23,389 nucleotides of DNA from Chiloscyllium plagiosum (lineage: Eukaryota): assembly GCF_004010195.1 (NCBI RefSeq), contig NC_057728.1:48901152-48924540 (forward strand), written 5' to 3'. The position numbers and the translations under genes are program-made. Within the stretch, counting starts at the first letter, position 1. Every line of letters starts with the position of its first letter. This document shows, piece after piece, positions 8,147 through 20,571 of the stretch. Under the pieces are notes generated by a model. It did not search any database and had not been told where the DNA came from. It saw only the letters and a list, made by a program, of their open reading frames with translations.

Positions 8147-8858
8147 TAAATGTTTCTTCAGTTAGTATGGTTTGAAGTTGGTAGCAATTACACAAAAATG
8201 TCAGTGTTCACCATTACTCCTGTGAAACTGACTAACTTCTGAAGTCTGCGGTTAAATACAGAAATCCACTGTCTGTTGTCAGTGACTTTATGCTTTTGCA
8301 GAGGATTCACTATTGAACCAGGTAGAAATCACTGACTAGATAAAAACTTTGCTCTTTTAAATTGCGAATCAAATGAGAAGTACTGAGGTTTTTCGACAGT
8401 TTATGAAATTTATAATCACTGTTGAACACCTTGGTCACTGTCAGACAAAACAATTTTATACTTGTAGAATGTCAAGTTTTCTGCATTTTTATAAAATATT
8501 ACAAGTTTCCTCATGACAATTCAGCTTCCATTTAATTCACATGTATATTCCAATTATTTATTTCACTGTCTGGAGAAACCCAAGACCTGGAGTCACACTG
8601 AAAGAGATTTGGAAAGGTGAAATCTTTGCCACAGAGCTGGGCATCTTTCTTAAAGGTTATTGGCAGATGCTTTTGCTTAGCCAATGGCCACTAAATATAG
8701 ACTGTTTCTTCAGCTTGAAGTAGAAGACCTATCCTATTTTCAAGGACTTTCTGTTCTGCAGATCTGAAAAATTAACTTAAATCTTTAATATCCTGACTTT
8801 CTTCTTTCAACAAGTTTAGATAAAGCCAAATGTTACCTAAGAATTTAAGAAATAGGAG

Positions 8859-10151
8859 CATAGAACATAGAACAAACCAGCGCAGATCAGGCCCTTTGGC
8901 CCTTGATGTTGCGCCGACCTGTGAACTAATCTAAGCCCATACCCCTAGACTATCCCATCACCATCAATGTGCTGATCTAAGGATTGGTTAAATCTCACTA
9001 ATGTGGCTGAGTTAACTACATTGGCAGGCAGGGCATTCCATGCCCTTACCACTCTCTGAGTAAAGAATCTGCCTCTGGCACGTCTTAAATCCATCACCCC
9101 TCGTCCAAGCTGATGTCATCATCCTAGGAAAAAATCTTTCACTGTCTAACCCTCTGATCATCTTTGTTTGTCTCTATCAAATCCCATCTTAGCCTTCTTC
9201 TTTCCAATGAAAACAGACCCAAATCTCTCAGCCTTTCCTAATAAGACCTTCCCTTCAGACTAGGCAACATCCCAGTAAGTCTCCTCTGCACCTTTTCCAA
9301 TGCTTCAACATTCTTCCTGTAATGGGACGACCAGAACGGTACACAATATTCCAGGTGCAGCCACACTAGCATTTTGTATAGTTGCAGCATGATATTATGG
9401 CTCCGGACCTCAATCCCTCTCCCAATAAACCTAACACACCTTATGCCTTCTTAACAGCACTATCACCTGGGTGGCAACTTTCAGAGATCGATGTACATGG
9501 ACTGCAAGATCCCTCTGCACATCCACACTACCAAGAATCTTTCCATTGACCCAATATTCTGCCTTCCCGTTATTCTTTTCAAAGTGAATCACCTCACATT
9601 TATCTGTATTGAACTCCACTTGCCACCTCTCAGCCCAATTCTGCAGTTTATCCAAGTCCTCCTGCAACATTCTTTCACACTGCCCACTACTCCATTGACC
9701 TTAGTGTCATCTGCAAACTTACTAACCCATCTATCTATGCTTGCATCTAAGTCATTTATAAAAATGACAAACAGCAATGATCCCAAACAGATCCTTGTGG
9801 CACACCACTAGTCATCGGACTCCAGGCTGAATATTTTCCATCAACCACCACTCGCTGCCTTCTTACAGAAAGCCAGTTTCTAATCCAAACTGCTAAATCG
9901 CCCTCAATCCCATGCCTCTGCATTTTCTCCAACAGTCTACCATGTGGAACCTTATTAAAGGCTTTACTGAAGTCCATGTTCACCACGTCAACTGCCCTAC
10001 CCTCACCCACATGCTTGGTCACCTTCTCAATGAGGTTTGAGAGACATGACCTGCCAATGACAAATCCATGTTGACTATCTGCAATCAAATTGTTGCTTGC
10101 AAGATAGTTATAAATCCTATCTCTAATCATCCTTTCCAAAGCTTTTCCTAC
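8859..10151 (-). mobile_element. 5'-truncated, degenerate CR1 LINE (RT and 3' UTR)
   Basis: SQHGF..GRSCLSNL, MDFSKAF, SGVPQGSV, SKFADDTK, LQEDLD in shifting frames. (CATAGAA)n tail at 8859-8874. Confidence 0.93.
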
Positions 10152-10487
10152 AGCAGAGGCCTGAGGTGGTTCCGCCTTTTGAACCTGGTCTGCTATTTAA
10201 TGAAATCATGGTTGGTCTTCTACATGAATCCTATTTTTCCTGCACTTGTAGAATTTTACTTCTTGACAATTTTATATATAGAAATTGATCAATCTCTGTC
10301 TTTAACATCTTAAATGATGGAACTTCCACAGCCACCTGGAGCGGAGAATTCCAAAGACTCACCACTCTCCGAGTGCAGAGGTTTCTTCTCATCTCAGACC
10401 CAAATGGTCTAGCCCTTATTCTGAGATTTAGTCCCAGCCAGAAGAAATCCTGAATCTGCCACCTCAATCCCTACACAAATTTCTATG
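10152..10487 (-). mobile_element. Older CR1-type LINE 3' end; other pieces at 8838-8860 and 13052-13095
   Basis: ORF 10231-10467 EMRRNLCTRRVVSLWNSPLQVAVE..KTEIDQFL is a CR1 ORF2 C-terminus. The sequence resumes after the Penelope insertion (ATGAGATCACCT). Confidence 0.75.
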
Positions 10488-10833
10488 ATCTGGAGGTGCC
10501 GGTGTTGGACTGGGGTGTCCAAAGTTAAAATTCACACAACACCAGGTTATAATCCAACAGATTTATTTGGAAGCACTAGCTTTCGGAGCGCTGCTCCTTC
10601 ATAAGGTGGTTGTGGAACATGAGATCGTAAGACACAGAATTTAAAGCAAAAGTTTACAGTGTGATGTAACTGAAATTATATATTGAAAAAGACCTGGATT
10701 GATTGTAAAGTCTCTCATCTTTTCGTACTTCTCGCGTCGGTGACTTCTACTGCCCTTCTGAAGATGCACAAGGCCAATACCTGAGGACGTTCCATCGTAT
10801 CAGGCAATGGGACCCTGTGTGAGAATCTCTCTG

Positions 10834-10924
10834 CTGAAAATGTGTTGCTGGAAAAGCGCAGCAGGACAGGCAGCATCCAAGGAACAGGAGAATCGACGTT
10901 TCGGGCATAAGCCCTTCTTCAGCC
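10834..10924 (-). mobile_element. Hammerhead-headed short element inserted in the Penelope RT, 12-bp TSD
   Basis: Minus strand ggCTGAAGA-A-GGGC-TTAT-GCCC-GAAA-CGTC. Perfect repeat AGAATCTCTCTG at 10822-10833 and 10925-10936. Confidence 0.88.
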
Positions 10925-12966
10925 AGAATCTCTCTGGCTATGTCAAAGGCATCTTGAAACCCACTGAACAAGGGATCCCCCAGCTTCTGTCACGACACTA
11001 CAGATTTCTTACAGAAACTCAGCACGCTTAGACCTGTAAAACCGGGAATATTCCTTGTCACAATAGATGTTTCAGCACTCTACACCAGCATCCCCCACAA
11101 TGACGGCATCGCAGCAACAGCCTCAGCACTCAACACCAATAATTGCCAATCTCTGAGCACTGTCCAACAACTCACCCACTTTATCCTTGACCACAACATT
11201 TTCACCTTTGACAACGAGTTCTTCATGCAGACACTCGGAATAGCCATAGGGACCAAATTTGCATCCCAATATGCCAACATTTTCATGCACAGGTTCGAAA
11301 AAGATTTCTTCTCTACGCAAGACCTCCAGCCAACACTATACACCAGGTACATTGACGACATTTCTTCCCTTGGACCCATGGCAAGGAGTCACTGAAACAA
11401 CTACACAGTGATATCGACAAGTTTCATCCCACCATCAAACTCACAATGGACTACTCTCTACTATCTGTCTCATTCTTGGACACATGCATCCCCATCAAGG
11501 ACAGGCACCTCAGCACCTCACTCTACCATAAACCCACAGATAATCTCATGATGCTACACTTCTCCAGCTTACTCCTGAAACATATTAAAACAGCCACCCT
11601 CAATGGACAAGCCCTACGCATACACAGGATCTGTTCAGATGAGGAGGAAAGTGATGGGCACCTGGAATAACTCAAGGATGCCCTCATAAGCACGGGGTAT
11701 AATGCTCAACTCATCGGCTGCCAGTTCCAACGTGCAACAGCGAGAAACCATAATGACCTTCTCAGGAGACAGACACAAGCTGCAACCAATAGAGAACCCT
11801 TCATTGTGCAGTACTTCCCAGGAGCTGAAAAACTGCACCATGTTCATCGCAGTCAATATCAATAAGGATGAGCACCTCGCCAAGACCTTCCCCACACCTC
11901 CACTTTTGCTTGTAAACAACCACCAGACTTCAAACAGATCATTGTTCGTATTAAACTGCCCGGCTTTCAGAACAACACCATATAACCTTGTCACAGTAGA
12001 TGCTGCAAGACGTGTCAGAATGTTGACATGGATACCACTATTACGCATGGGGACACTTCCCACCATGACGCATGGGAACACTTCCCACCATGTACGCGGC
12101 AGGTACTCACGCGATTCAGCCAATGTTGTCTATCTCATACGCTGCTGACAAGGATGCCCTGAGGAATGGTACATTAGTGAGACAAAGCAGAGGCTACGGC
12201 AATGGATGAATGAACACCACACAACAGACAGGAGTGTTCCCTCCCAGGCAGAGAATACTTCAGCGGTCCGAAACATTCGACCTCAGACCTTTGGGGGACC
12301 GTCCTCCAAGGTGGACTTCGAGACAGGCAACAACGAAAAGTGGCCAAGCAGCGGCTGATAGCCAAGTTCAATACCCATGGGGATGGCCTCAACTGAGACC
12401 TTGGGTTCATGTCACACTACAGGTGACTCCATTGCACTATACACACAGGCACACTCACACTCAGACCCTCTCTCATACGCTCACACTCTCTCATAGAATA
12501 ATACCCCTTTACACTCTCACACATACACACACTCATAACAGCTCTCCCCCCCTCCCCAACACACACATGTACACATACACTTACATTTGTGGGGTGAATT
12601 TGTAATTGCAGAATTACATTTTACTTTGCTCAAAAACTGCATGAATCCATGTAAGATTCTACAAATACATTTTTTAGATTAGAATCGGCCTGACCTTTGT
12701 GGCACAAACAGTCTCACACAGGACACTTCACACCTTAAATGCATTATCTGGGCCGACATGACACCAATTGTTAAAGCTTACTTGAGAATGTAACTTCTAA
12801 AAACGTTTTGCGATTTGCATAGCAAAGAACTGAAATCAACATGGTCATTCTAAAAGATGAGAGACTTAACAAATAATCCAGGTCTTTTTCAACATATAAT
12901 TTCATTTACATCACACCGTAAACTTTTGGTAGAAATTCTGTGTCTTACGATCTTATACTCCACAAA

Positions 12967-13001
12967 CACCTGATGAAAGAGCAGCGCTCCGAAAGCTACT
13001 A
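12967..13001 (+). ncRNA. Minimal type I hammerhead ribozyme motif in the Penelope pLTR
   Basis: CTGATGA-A-aGAGC-AGC-GCTCc-GAAA-GCTA (12970-12998), with palindromic AGCT in place of helix III. Helices I and II contain mismatches, so activity is doubtful. Confidence 0.7.
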
Positions 13002-13212
13002 CTTCCAAATAAACCTGATGGACTATAACCTGGTGTTGTGTGATTTTTAAGAATTTCCATGTTTGCATGAGATCACCTGTCAATCTTTGAAACACCACAT
13101 TGCATTTACAAGTGATTATTCTTGTGAAAAAAATTTACTTGCATAAATATGCAAACACATTTTCTTCTTAACCATAAACTTATTTCAGGGAAAAATGTCA
13201 CACTGTTCTTAC

Positions 13213-13376
13213 CTGTTCCTCTGTAAGTATCAGAGGGTGAGTTGACTCCTCGTCCAATGAGGGCAATCGTGCACTACCTACAGATGGATGTCGTGTTGAA
13301 GGGTGAGAAGATCCATCTCCAAATGATGGATACCGAGGATATCCGTTCGGTAAACTTGGTTGAACAAAACCTGGAG
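13213..13376 (-). CDS. FRS2: FRS2 penultimate coding exon (164 nt, phase 1 to 0)
   Basis: ttttcAG|CT CCA... encodes PGFVQPSLPNGYPRYPSFGDGSSHPSTRHPSVGSARLPSLDEESTHPLILTEEQ and ends CAG|GTAAGA. Splices in frame to VHTYVNT. Upstream PTB-domain exons are not in the visible sequence. Confidence 0.97.
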
Positions 13377-14334
13377 CTGAAAAGAATGAAATACATATAA
13401 TTGGAGAACAATTGTAAACTTATTCAAATTACATTTTTACAGCATAAACCTTAATTTTAAAAGAATCCTGAAATATGTATGCCCTATGGAAGTTTTCACT
13501 GTTAAATGTGGCCTGTCACAAATATAAGTCCACTAACTTCAGCAGAACAGTAGAAGCCTGCAGATTGGAAATAGTGATTTCTAAGGTTACCAAGGACCTT
13601 CCACTGAATTAAAGTGATTAATTGGCAGAATCACCACACTTGATCAGAAATCTGACAGTTTCAATATTCAGTTGATAGCTTGATCAAAGAGAAAGCAGCA
13701 AGATGAAGTCTGCTGCAATCAATATTTGCATCAGAACAGCTAGTTACAAAAAAAAAATCAAAGGCAGCTTTTGATAATTATAACCACAAAGTTTTGCAAA
13801 ATACTAAGATTTTTAGAAAATTGCAAGAGCAAACAGCTCTTGTTTCATGGTTTCTTTTTTATTTAGATATTCATGCCCACATTTAAAGTGGTTAGGGTAT
13901 CCCAATTAATATTAAAATGTCTTCAACAATGAGAAAATGTTAAAAAATTTCTACTAATTGCTGTTTCTTAAGTTGACCCAAACAGACTATACACCTTGAT
14001 CCTTTGACATTCTCTCCAATATACTCATATAGTCCATTATTATGAGTGCTACCCCACCTCCTGTTTGCTTATCCTTCAAAGAATAATCTAAATATTTAGT
14101 TTCCAATCTTGATCACTCTATAGATATCTTTCTGTAATATTAATTAAATCATTACTTCAATTTGTGCTTTCAAATCATCAACTTGTTGTGAATGTTGTGT
14201 GTATTCAGATAAAAGTATGTTTAAACCCACCTTTTTAATATTATTCTGCTCCTATTTTAATGTTTGCTTTTGCTCAATTTGTCTTCAAATTGAGCTACAA
14301 CTTCCTATTACCAGTTTTACTGTCCTCCAAAACG

Positions 14335-15095
14335 AGCTCCCGCTCAGATTCCTATCCCTTGACGATCTTGTTTAAACTCTCCCCCCCCCCCCCCCACCTC
14401 CCCCCCACAAAGCAGCAGCAAATCTCCCTTTGAGGTCATTAGTTTCACTCCTCATAAGATTCAACACAGCCACCTGCCCGAGACTGGGTCATAAACTTTA
14501 AGCCCTCCATTCTCCAATTCTTACACCCTGCGTTGAACTGCTCAGTACTTCCACTCCTATCCTCACTAGCATGTGGGACTGAGAGTAATCTTGAGATTAC
14601 AACTTTTGAAGTCCTACTTTGTAACCTCCTCCCCAATTCCTTAAAATCTGTTTTCAAGCCTCAACCCAATGTGAGCCATGATCTCATTTGTTTTTTTTTG
14701 TTTTTTTTATTATTTGTTTTTAAAATTTAAAAACTTTTTTTATTATTTATTATTTTTATTATTATTTGTTCACTATTAATCAAGAGAATGTCCTGCAGTT
14801 GCTTCATGACATTCTTGACTCTGACTTCGGTGAGGCAACATGACATCCTTAAGTTTGGGATACCACATATTTAGCTCAGAGGATTGCATTCCTCTGAGCA
14901 ACCATCGCCCTCACCAATATCCAAAACAGAAAACTGACCGTCTCAGGAGAACTTCTGGATCTCTTAGGAAATGTTGACCGCTGGTACATTTCTAACCTGT
15001 GTTGTGACCACGTTTCCAAATATGTTGTCCATGCAGTTCTTATGTATCATGGTGAGTTCAACCACTGCTCAAATTCTAAAATGTGGAGCTCAAGC
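14335..15095 (-). mobile_element. Degenerate CR1 ORF1 (SGNH esterase-like) fragment
   Basis: ORF 14445-14657 FKELGRRLQSRTSKVVISRLLSVPHAS resembles the CR1 ORF1 esterase. Interrupted by a C-run and a T-rich tract; limits are approximate. Confidence 0.6.
14686..14770. repeat. T/A-rich low-complexity tract
   Basis: Runs of T with TTA repeats. Confidence 0.8.
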
Positions 15096-15415
15096 TTAGA
15101 TTAGATTAGATTAGATTACAGTGTGGAAACAGGCCCTTCGGCCCAACAAGTCCACACCGACCCGCCGAAGCGAAACCCACCCCATACCCTTACATTTACC
15201 CCTTACCTAACACTACGGGCAATTTAGTATGGCCAATTCACCTAACCCTGCACATCTTTGGACTGTGGGAGGAAACCGGAGCACCCGGAGGAAACCCACG
15301 CAGACACGGGGAGAACGTGCAAACTCCACACAGTCAGTCGTCTGAGGCGGGAACTGAACCCGGGTCTCTGGCGCTGTGAAGCAGCAGTGCTAACCACTGT
15401 GCCACCGTGCCGCCC
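15096..15415 (-). mobile_element. Full-length HE1 V-SINE
   Basis: Reverse complement of 388-707 at high identity, with a (TTAGA)4 tail. Confidence 0.95.
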
Positions 15416-15717
15416 AAAGGCGATATTTGTATCATCGATCGTCACAGATGCAGGTGGGGACAATTCCTTCAGCTGCCTGTCTCTTTTACCCATGTCCATC
15501 CACGGCTTTCCACAAGTTACAGGCTCTGCATTCCAAATTTGTCAAGCTGCTCTGCCACACCTTAACCTATTTATTATAAAAGTAATAGTTTGGACTCAAA
15601 AATTTAAATCTAAGCTTTAATATTGTAAATATAAAAATAGTGGAGCACCAAAGTGATTTAGGGTCCAGGAACACAGGTAAGTGAAATGTAATTAGGTGCA
15701 ATAAATAATCAAACACA

Positions 15718-17902
15718 CCAGATCTAAAAGTTGAAGTTCTAAATTGGAGAAAGGCCAATTTTGATGGTATTAGGCCTTGGGGGCAGATGTTTGCAGGTAA
15801 AGGTACGGCTGAAAAATGGGAAGCCTTCAGAAATGAGATAACGAGAATCCAGATAAAGTATATTCCTGTCAGGGTGAAGGGAAAGGCTGGTAGATATAGG
15901 GAATGCTGGATGACTAAAGAAATCGAGGATTTGATTAAGAAAAAGGAAGCGTTTGTCAGGTATAGACAGGATAGATCGAGTGAATCCTTAGAAGAGTATA
16001 AAGGCAGTAGGAGTATACATAAGAGGGAAATCAGGAGGGCATAAAGGAGACATGAGACAGCTTTGGCAAATAGAATTAAGGAGAATCCAAAGGTTTTTTT
16101 ACAAATACATTAAAAGACAAAAGGATAACTAGGGAGAGAATAGGGCCCCTCAAAGATCAGCAAGGCGGCCTTTGTGTGGAGCCACAGAAAATAGGGGAGA
16201 TACCAAATGAGTATTTTGCATCAGTATTTATTGTGGAAAAGGATATGGAAGATATAGACTGTAGGGAAATAGATGGTGACACCTTGCAAAATGTCCAAAT
16301 TACAGAGGAGGATGTGCTGGATGTCTTGAAACACAAAGTTGGATAAATCCCGAGGACCTGATCAGGTGTACCCAAGAACTCTGTGGGAAGCTAGAGAAGT
16401 GATTGCTGGGCCTCTCGCTGAGATATTTGTATCATCGATCGTCACAGATGAGGTGCCGGAAGACTGGAAGTTGGCAAACGTGGTGCCACTGTTTAAGAAG
16501 GGTGGTAAGGACAAGCCAGGGAACTACAGACCAATGAGCCTGACGTCGATCGTTGGCAAGTTGTTGGATGGAGTCCTGAGGGACAGGATGTACATGTATT
16601 TGGAAAGGCAAGGACTAATTAGGGATAGTCTACATGGCTTTGTGCGTGGAATCATGTCTCACAAACTTGGAGTTTTTTGAGAAAGTAACAAAGAGGATGG
16701 ATGAGGGCAGAGTGGTAGATATGATCTATATGGACTTCAGTAAAACATTTGACAAGGTCCCCCATGGGAGATTGTTTAGCAAGGTTAGATCTCATGAATA
16801 CAGGGAGAACTAGCCATTTGGATACAGAACTGGCTCAAAGGTAGAAGACAGAAGTTGGTGGTGGTGGGTAGTTTTTCAGACTGAAGGCCTGTGACCACTG
16901 GAGTGCCACAAGGGTCGGTGCTGGGTCCTCCACATTTTGTCATTTACAAAAATGATTTGGATGCGAGCATAAGAGGTACAGTTAGTAAGTTTACAGATGC
17001 TACCAAAATTGGAGGTGTTGTGGTCAGTGAAGAGGGTTACCTCAGATTACAAAAAGATCTTGACCAGATGGGCCAATTGGCTGAGAAGTGGCAGATGGAC
17101 TTTAATTCAGATAAATGCAAGGTGCTGCATTTTGGGGAAAGCAAATCTTAGCAGGGCTTATACACTTAATGGTAAGATCCTAGGGAGTGTTGCTGACCTT
17201 GAAGTGCAGGTTCATAGCTCCTTGAAAGTGGAGTCGCAGGTAGATAGGATAGTGAAGGCGGCATTTGGCATGCTTTCCTTTATTGGTCAGAATATTGAGT
17301 ATAGGAGTGGGGAGGTCATGTTGCGGCTGTACAGTACATTGGTTAGGCCACTCTTGGAATATTGCGTGCAATTCTGGTCTCCTTCCTATCGGAAAGATGT
17401 TGTGAAACTTGAAAGGGTTCAGAAAAGATTTACAATGATGTTGCCAGGGTTGGAGGATTTGAGCTACAGGGATTGGTGAACAGGCTGGGGCTGTATTCCC
17501 TGGAACGTCGGAGGCTGAGGGGTGACCTTATAGAGGTTTACAAAGTTATGAGGTGCATGGATAGGGTAAATAGACAAAGTCTTTTTCCCTTGAGTTGGGG
17601 AGTCCAGAACTAGAGGGCATAGATTTAGGGTGAGAGGGGAAAGATATAAAAGAGACTTAAGAGGCAACCTTTTCACGCAGAGGGTGGTACATGTATGGAA
17701 TGAGCTGCCAGAGGAAGTGGTGGAAGCTGGTATAATTGCAACATTTAAAAGGCATTTGGATGGGTATACGAATAGGAAGGGTTTGGAGGAATATGGCCCA
17801 GGTGCTGGCCGGTGGGACTAGATTGGGTTGGGATATCTGGTCGGCATGGACGGGTTGGACCGAAGGGTCTGTTTCCATGCTGTACATCTCTATGACTATG
17901 AC
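15718..17902 (+). mobile_element. CR1/HER1-type LINE, 5'-truncated ORF2 plus 3' UTR, inactive
   Basis: WMTKEI, GPDQVYPR, NVVPLFKKG..PGNYRP, GVPQGSVLGP, catalytic FADD mutated to FTDA, RPLLEYCVQFWSP, many frameshifts. 3' end GGACCGAAGGGTCTGTTTCC is shared with HE1; CTATGA tail. Confidence 0.96.
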
Positions 17903-18785
17903 CTTTCTCAACCTTCAGCCTTTAATATTGTCAACTGTAACATTCTGCTCCAATACCTTCCAACTATCAACTGGATGGGACTCCATTCATAAGATTCCAA
18001 TTTTATCAATTCTGAATTGTAGTCAGGAAATAACTCGTACTTGGCTTCTTTTCCAGCCTCCACATTACCTTTGGCATCCTCACAAGGACTTAGCTTTGGC
18101 TTTTACCAAATTTATTTGCTATTCTCAGTGAAATCATCTGAAAACATATAGAGTTCCACAGACATTCTGATCATATCCAATTCTAACTCACCCCACCATT
18201 GATCCACCCGATCTATCTCTAAATTGTACGCAACACACAGCATGGATAAGCAGAAATTTAATCCAACTAAACAACGGGAAGATTAAAACTATCACCTTTG
18301 GTCCCATTGTCTAACTATGGACTCCATTCCTCCCCTGGCAACTGTCTAAAATGAAATAGACTATTCACTACATTGGTGTCACATTTAAACCTAGAAGAGT
18401 CTCTCAATGCATATTTGCACCCACTCAAGACCACAGTTTTTATCTTAGTAACATGGCATTAGTCCATCTGTGTTTCAGCTTGTCTGCTGCTGAGACCTCA
18501 TTCACGTCTTTGTTACCTTAAGACTCGAATATTCAAACTCTCTCCTACCCAATTTCCTAACTTTCATCATCCACAAGCTTCACCTCATCAAACTGTAGTA
18601 TCCGACCTCTCAGCAGAGCTCAATTCACCTGATTGCTGATCCTGCTTTAGCAATGTCTCAATTTTAAAACTCTCCTTCTTAGTTTTGAATTTCTCTGGGG
18701 CCTTGCCTTTCACTATCTCTGTAAACTCATTCAGTCCTACAACCATCGAAGATCTCTACACTCCTATAATTCTGGTCTTTTATTT
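17903..18785 (+). mobile_element. Ancient L2-type LINE fragment (continues ~19410-19620)
   Basis: Decayed L2 motifs: WISRNLIQLNNGK (~18243) and ETLIH.FVT.RLEYSNSL (~18491-18545). Confidence 0.65.
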
Positions 18786-18789
18786 TGGA

Positions 18790-19408
18790 GTTATTGAGCA
18801 TGGAAACAGATCATCAGTGCTGACGAGCTATCCTCAAATGATTTACCAGCATTTAGCCCATATCCCACTAAATCCTCCCTATTCATGTACCTATCCAGAT
18901 GCTTTTTAAAAGTTGTAATTGTACCAGCTTCCACCACTTCCTCTAGCAGCTTGTTCCACATACGTACGTGAAAAATTTGACTCTGAGATCTCCTCTAAAT
19001 CTTTTCCCTCTCACGTTAAAACTTTACCCTCTAGTTTTAGACTCCCTACCCTGGGAAAAAGATCTCAGCTATTTACCCTATCCTTGCCTCTCATGACATC
19101 ATAAACCTCTCTAAGGTCACTTATCTGCCTCGGATGCGTCAGGGGAAAAAAAAAGCCCTAGCCTATTCAGCCTCTTCCTATTGCTCCAATCCTCCAATTT
19201 CGGGAACATCTATGTAAATCTTTTCTGAATCCTTTAAAGTTTACCAACATCTTTCCTATAGCAAATAGACCAGAATTGAACACAGCAGTCTAAAAGTAGC
19301 CTCATCAATGTCCTGTGCAGCCGCAACATGACTTCCTAACTCTGATACTTAATGCACTGACTAATGAAGGCAAGCGCACCAAATGCCTTCTTCACTAGCC
19401 TGTCTAAT
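18790..19408 (-). mobile_element. Degenerate CR1 3' fragment inserted in the L2
   Basis: Reverse-complement similarity to 17235-17890. Confidence 0.85.
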
Positions 19409-19619
19409 GAGCTCCAACAATGTCAACTGTACCTACAGCTACCTAGACCGGAGCTCTAAAATGTTTTTCTGAACCCCTCCCCCTCCTGTAAAATACTCAT
19501 TAAAACTAACGCTAATGACCAAGCTTCAGATGATTGCTCTTAATAGCCTATTACATAATCTGCAGTCAACACACCTGTGAAACATCTTGGGGTGTTTTGC
19601 TATGTTAAAGGCAACCTGT

Positions 19620-19920
19620 AGGAATGGAATGCAACGGCCTTTACAGTGCGGGGATTGGAGAGCAGGAGCAGGATGTGTCACTGCAATTGTCCAGGACCTT
19701 AGTGAGAGTCCATTTGGAGTAATGTGTCAGTTTTATCTCTTTATTTGGCTGTGGAAGGAGTGCAACAAAGGTTTAACTAAATCTGAGACGGATTGACTTT
19801 TGCTAGACAATTACATCAGGGGATATGGTGCCAAGAAGTGTGGATGAAGTTCGGACCTGGATTAGCCATTACCTCATTGTATGTGAAACAGGCTTAAAGC
19901 ATTGACTGGCTTACTCCAAC
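19620..19920 (+). mobile_element. Highly decayed CR1 fragment
   Basis: TTGTCCAGGACCTTAGTGAGAGTCCATTTGGAGTAATGTGT resembles the LYRTLVRPHLEYCV coding sequence. Confidence 0.45.
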
Positions 19921-20571
19921 AGGCAACTTGCAACAGTTGAATCTAACATATTTGATGAATAAACTGGACCATTTTGTACGTTGATATTAACTAGCTCCGT
20001 GCTTTCTGAGCTTATTTTTGAAGACAAAGGGTCTCTTATAACTTCATTAATTTTGAAGCCCCTGTTTCAGATCTCACCACAAACATGACATCCTTGCTAA
20101 CAATTCCATTTCTCTTGTCACTCACTGTTTGATGCAGAGCCAACATGTTGAAATCCTATCCTACCCTAAGCTAGCTGCTGATCCCATATTTTCTCCACCA
20201 CATAAACTAGCTCCTGCCATCTCCAGAACACAACCCATTTCAGCCCTATCTCAGCACAATTACTGCTAAGGTCATCATTCATCCTACTGTCGCCACCACA
20301 CTTGATTAAGCAATGGTCTCCTGGTTTGTCTCTCATCTTCCACTGATCATACTCTGCTGTTTATGAAAATCTATGTTACCTAACACTATCTTGCAGCAAG
20401 TCCTGCTGACTGTTCATTGCTGATTGAATTTTCTGAGTTTGGACTGTAGTACGTGGTTGCACAAGAACTGAAGAATAAAAGCAAAGTACTGCAAATGCTG
20501 ACAATATTAAATTTAATTCTGGGAGTATCAACAGTTTGACAAAACCAGCAACACTGTTGGGTTAAGCAGCA

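Larger units (their letters stand above)
10488..13051 (+). mobile_element. 5'-truncated Penelope-like element (RT + GIY-YIG) with inverted pseudo-LTRs
   Basis: Inverted repeat ~10525-10723 versus ~12852-13050. ORF remnant 10724-12426 has DVSALYTSIP, GIAIGT..YANIFM, RYIDDI, FLD, LYHKPTD and VVYLIRC..WYISET with stops and frameshifts. Flanked by AATTTC(T/C)ATG (10478-10487, 13052-13061). Confidence 0.93.

Noticed and set aside
8859..17902. Inverted CR1s flanking the 164-nt exon as a circRNA driver
   Set aside because: Different, visibly diverged subfamilies several kb from the exon; no further evidence.
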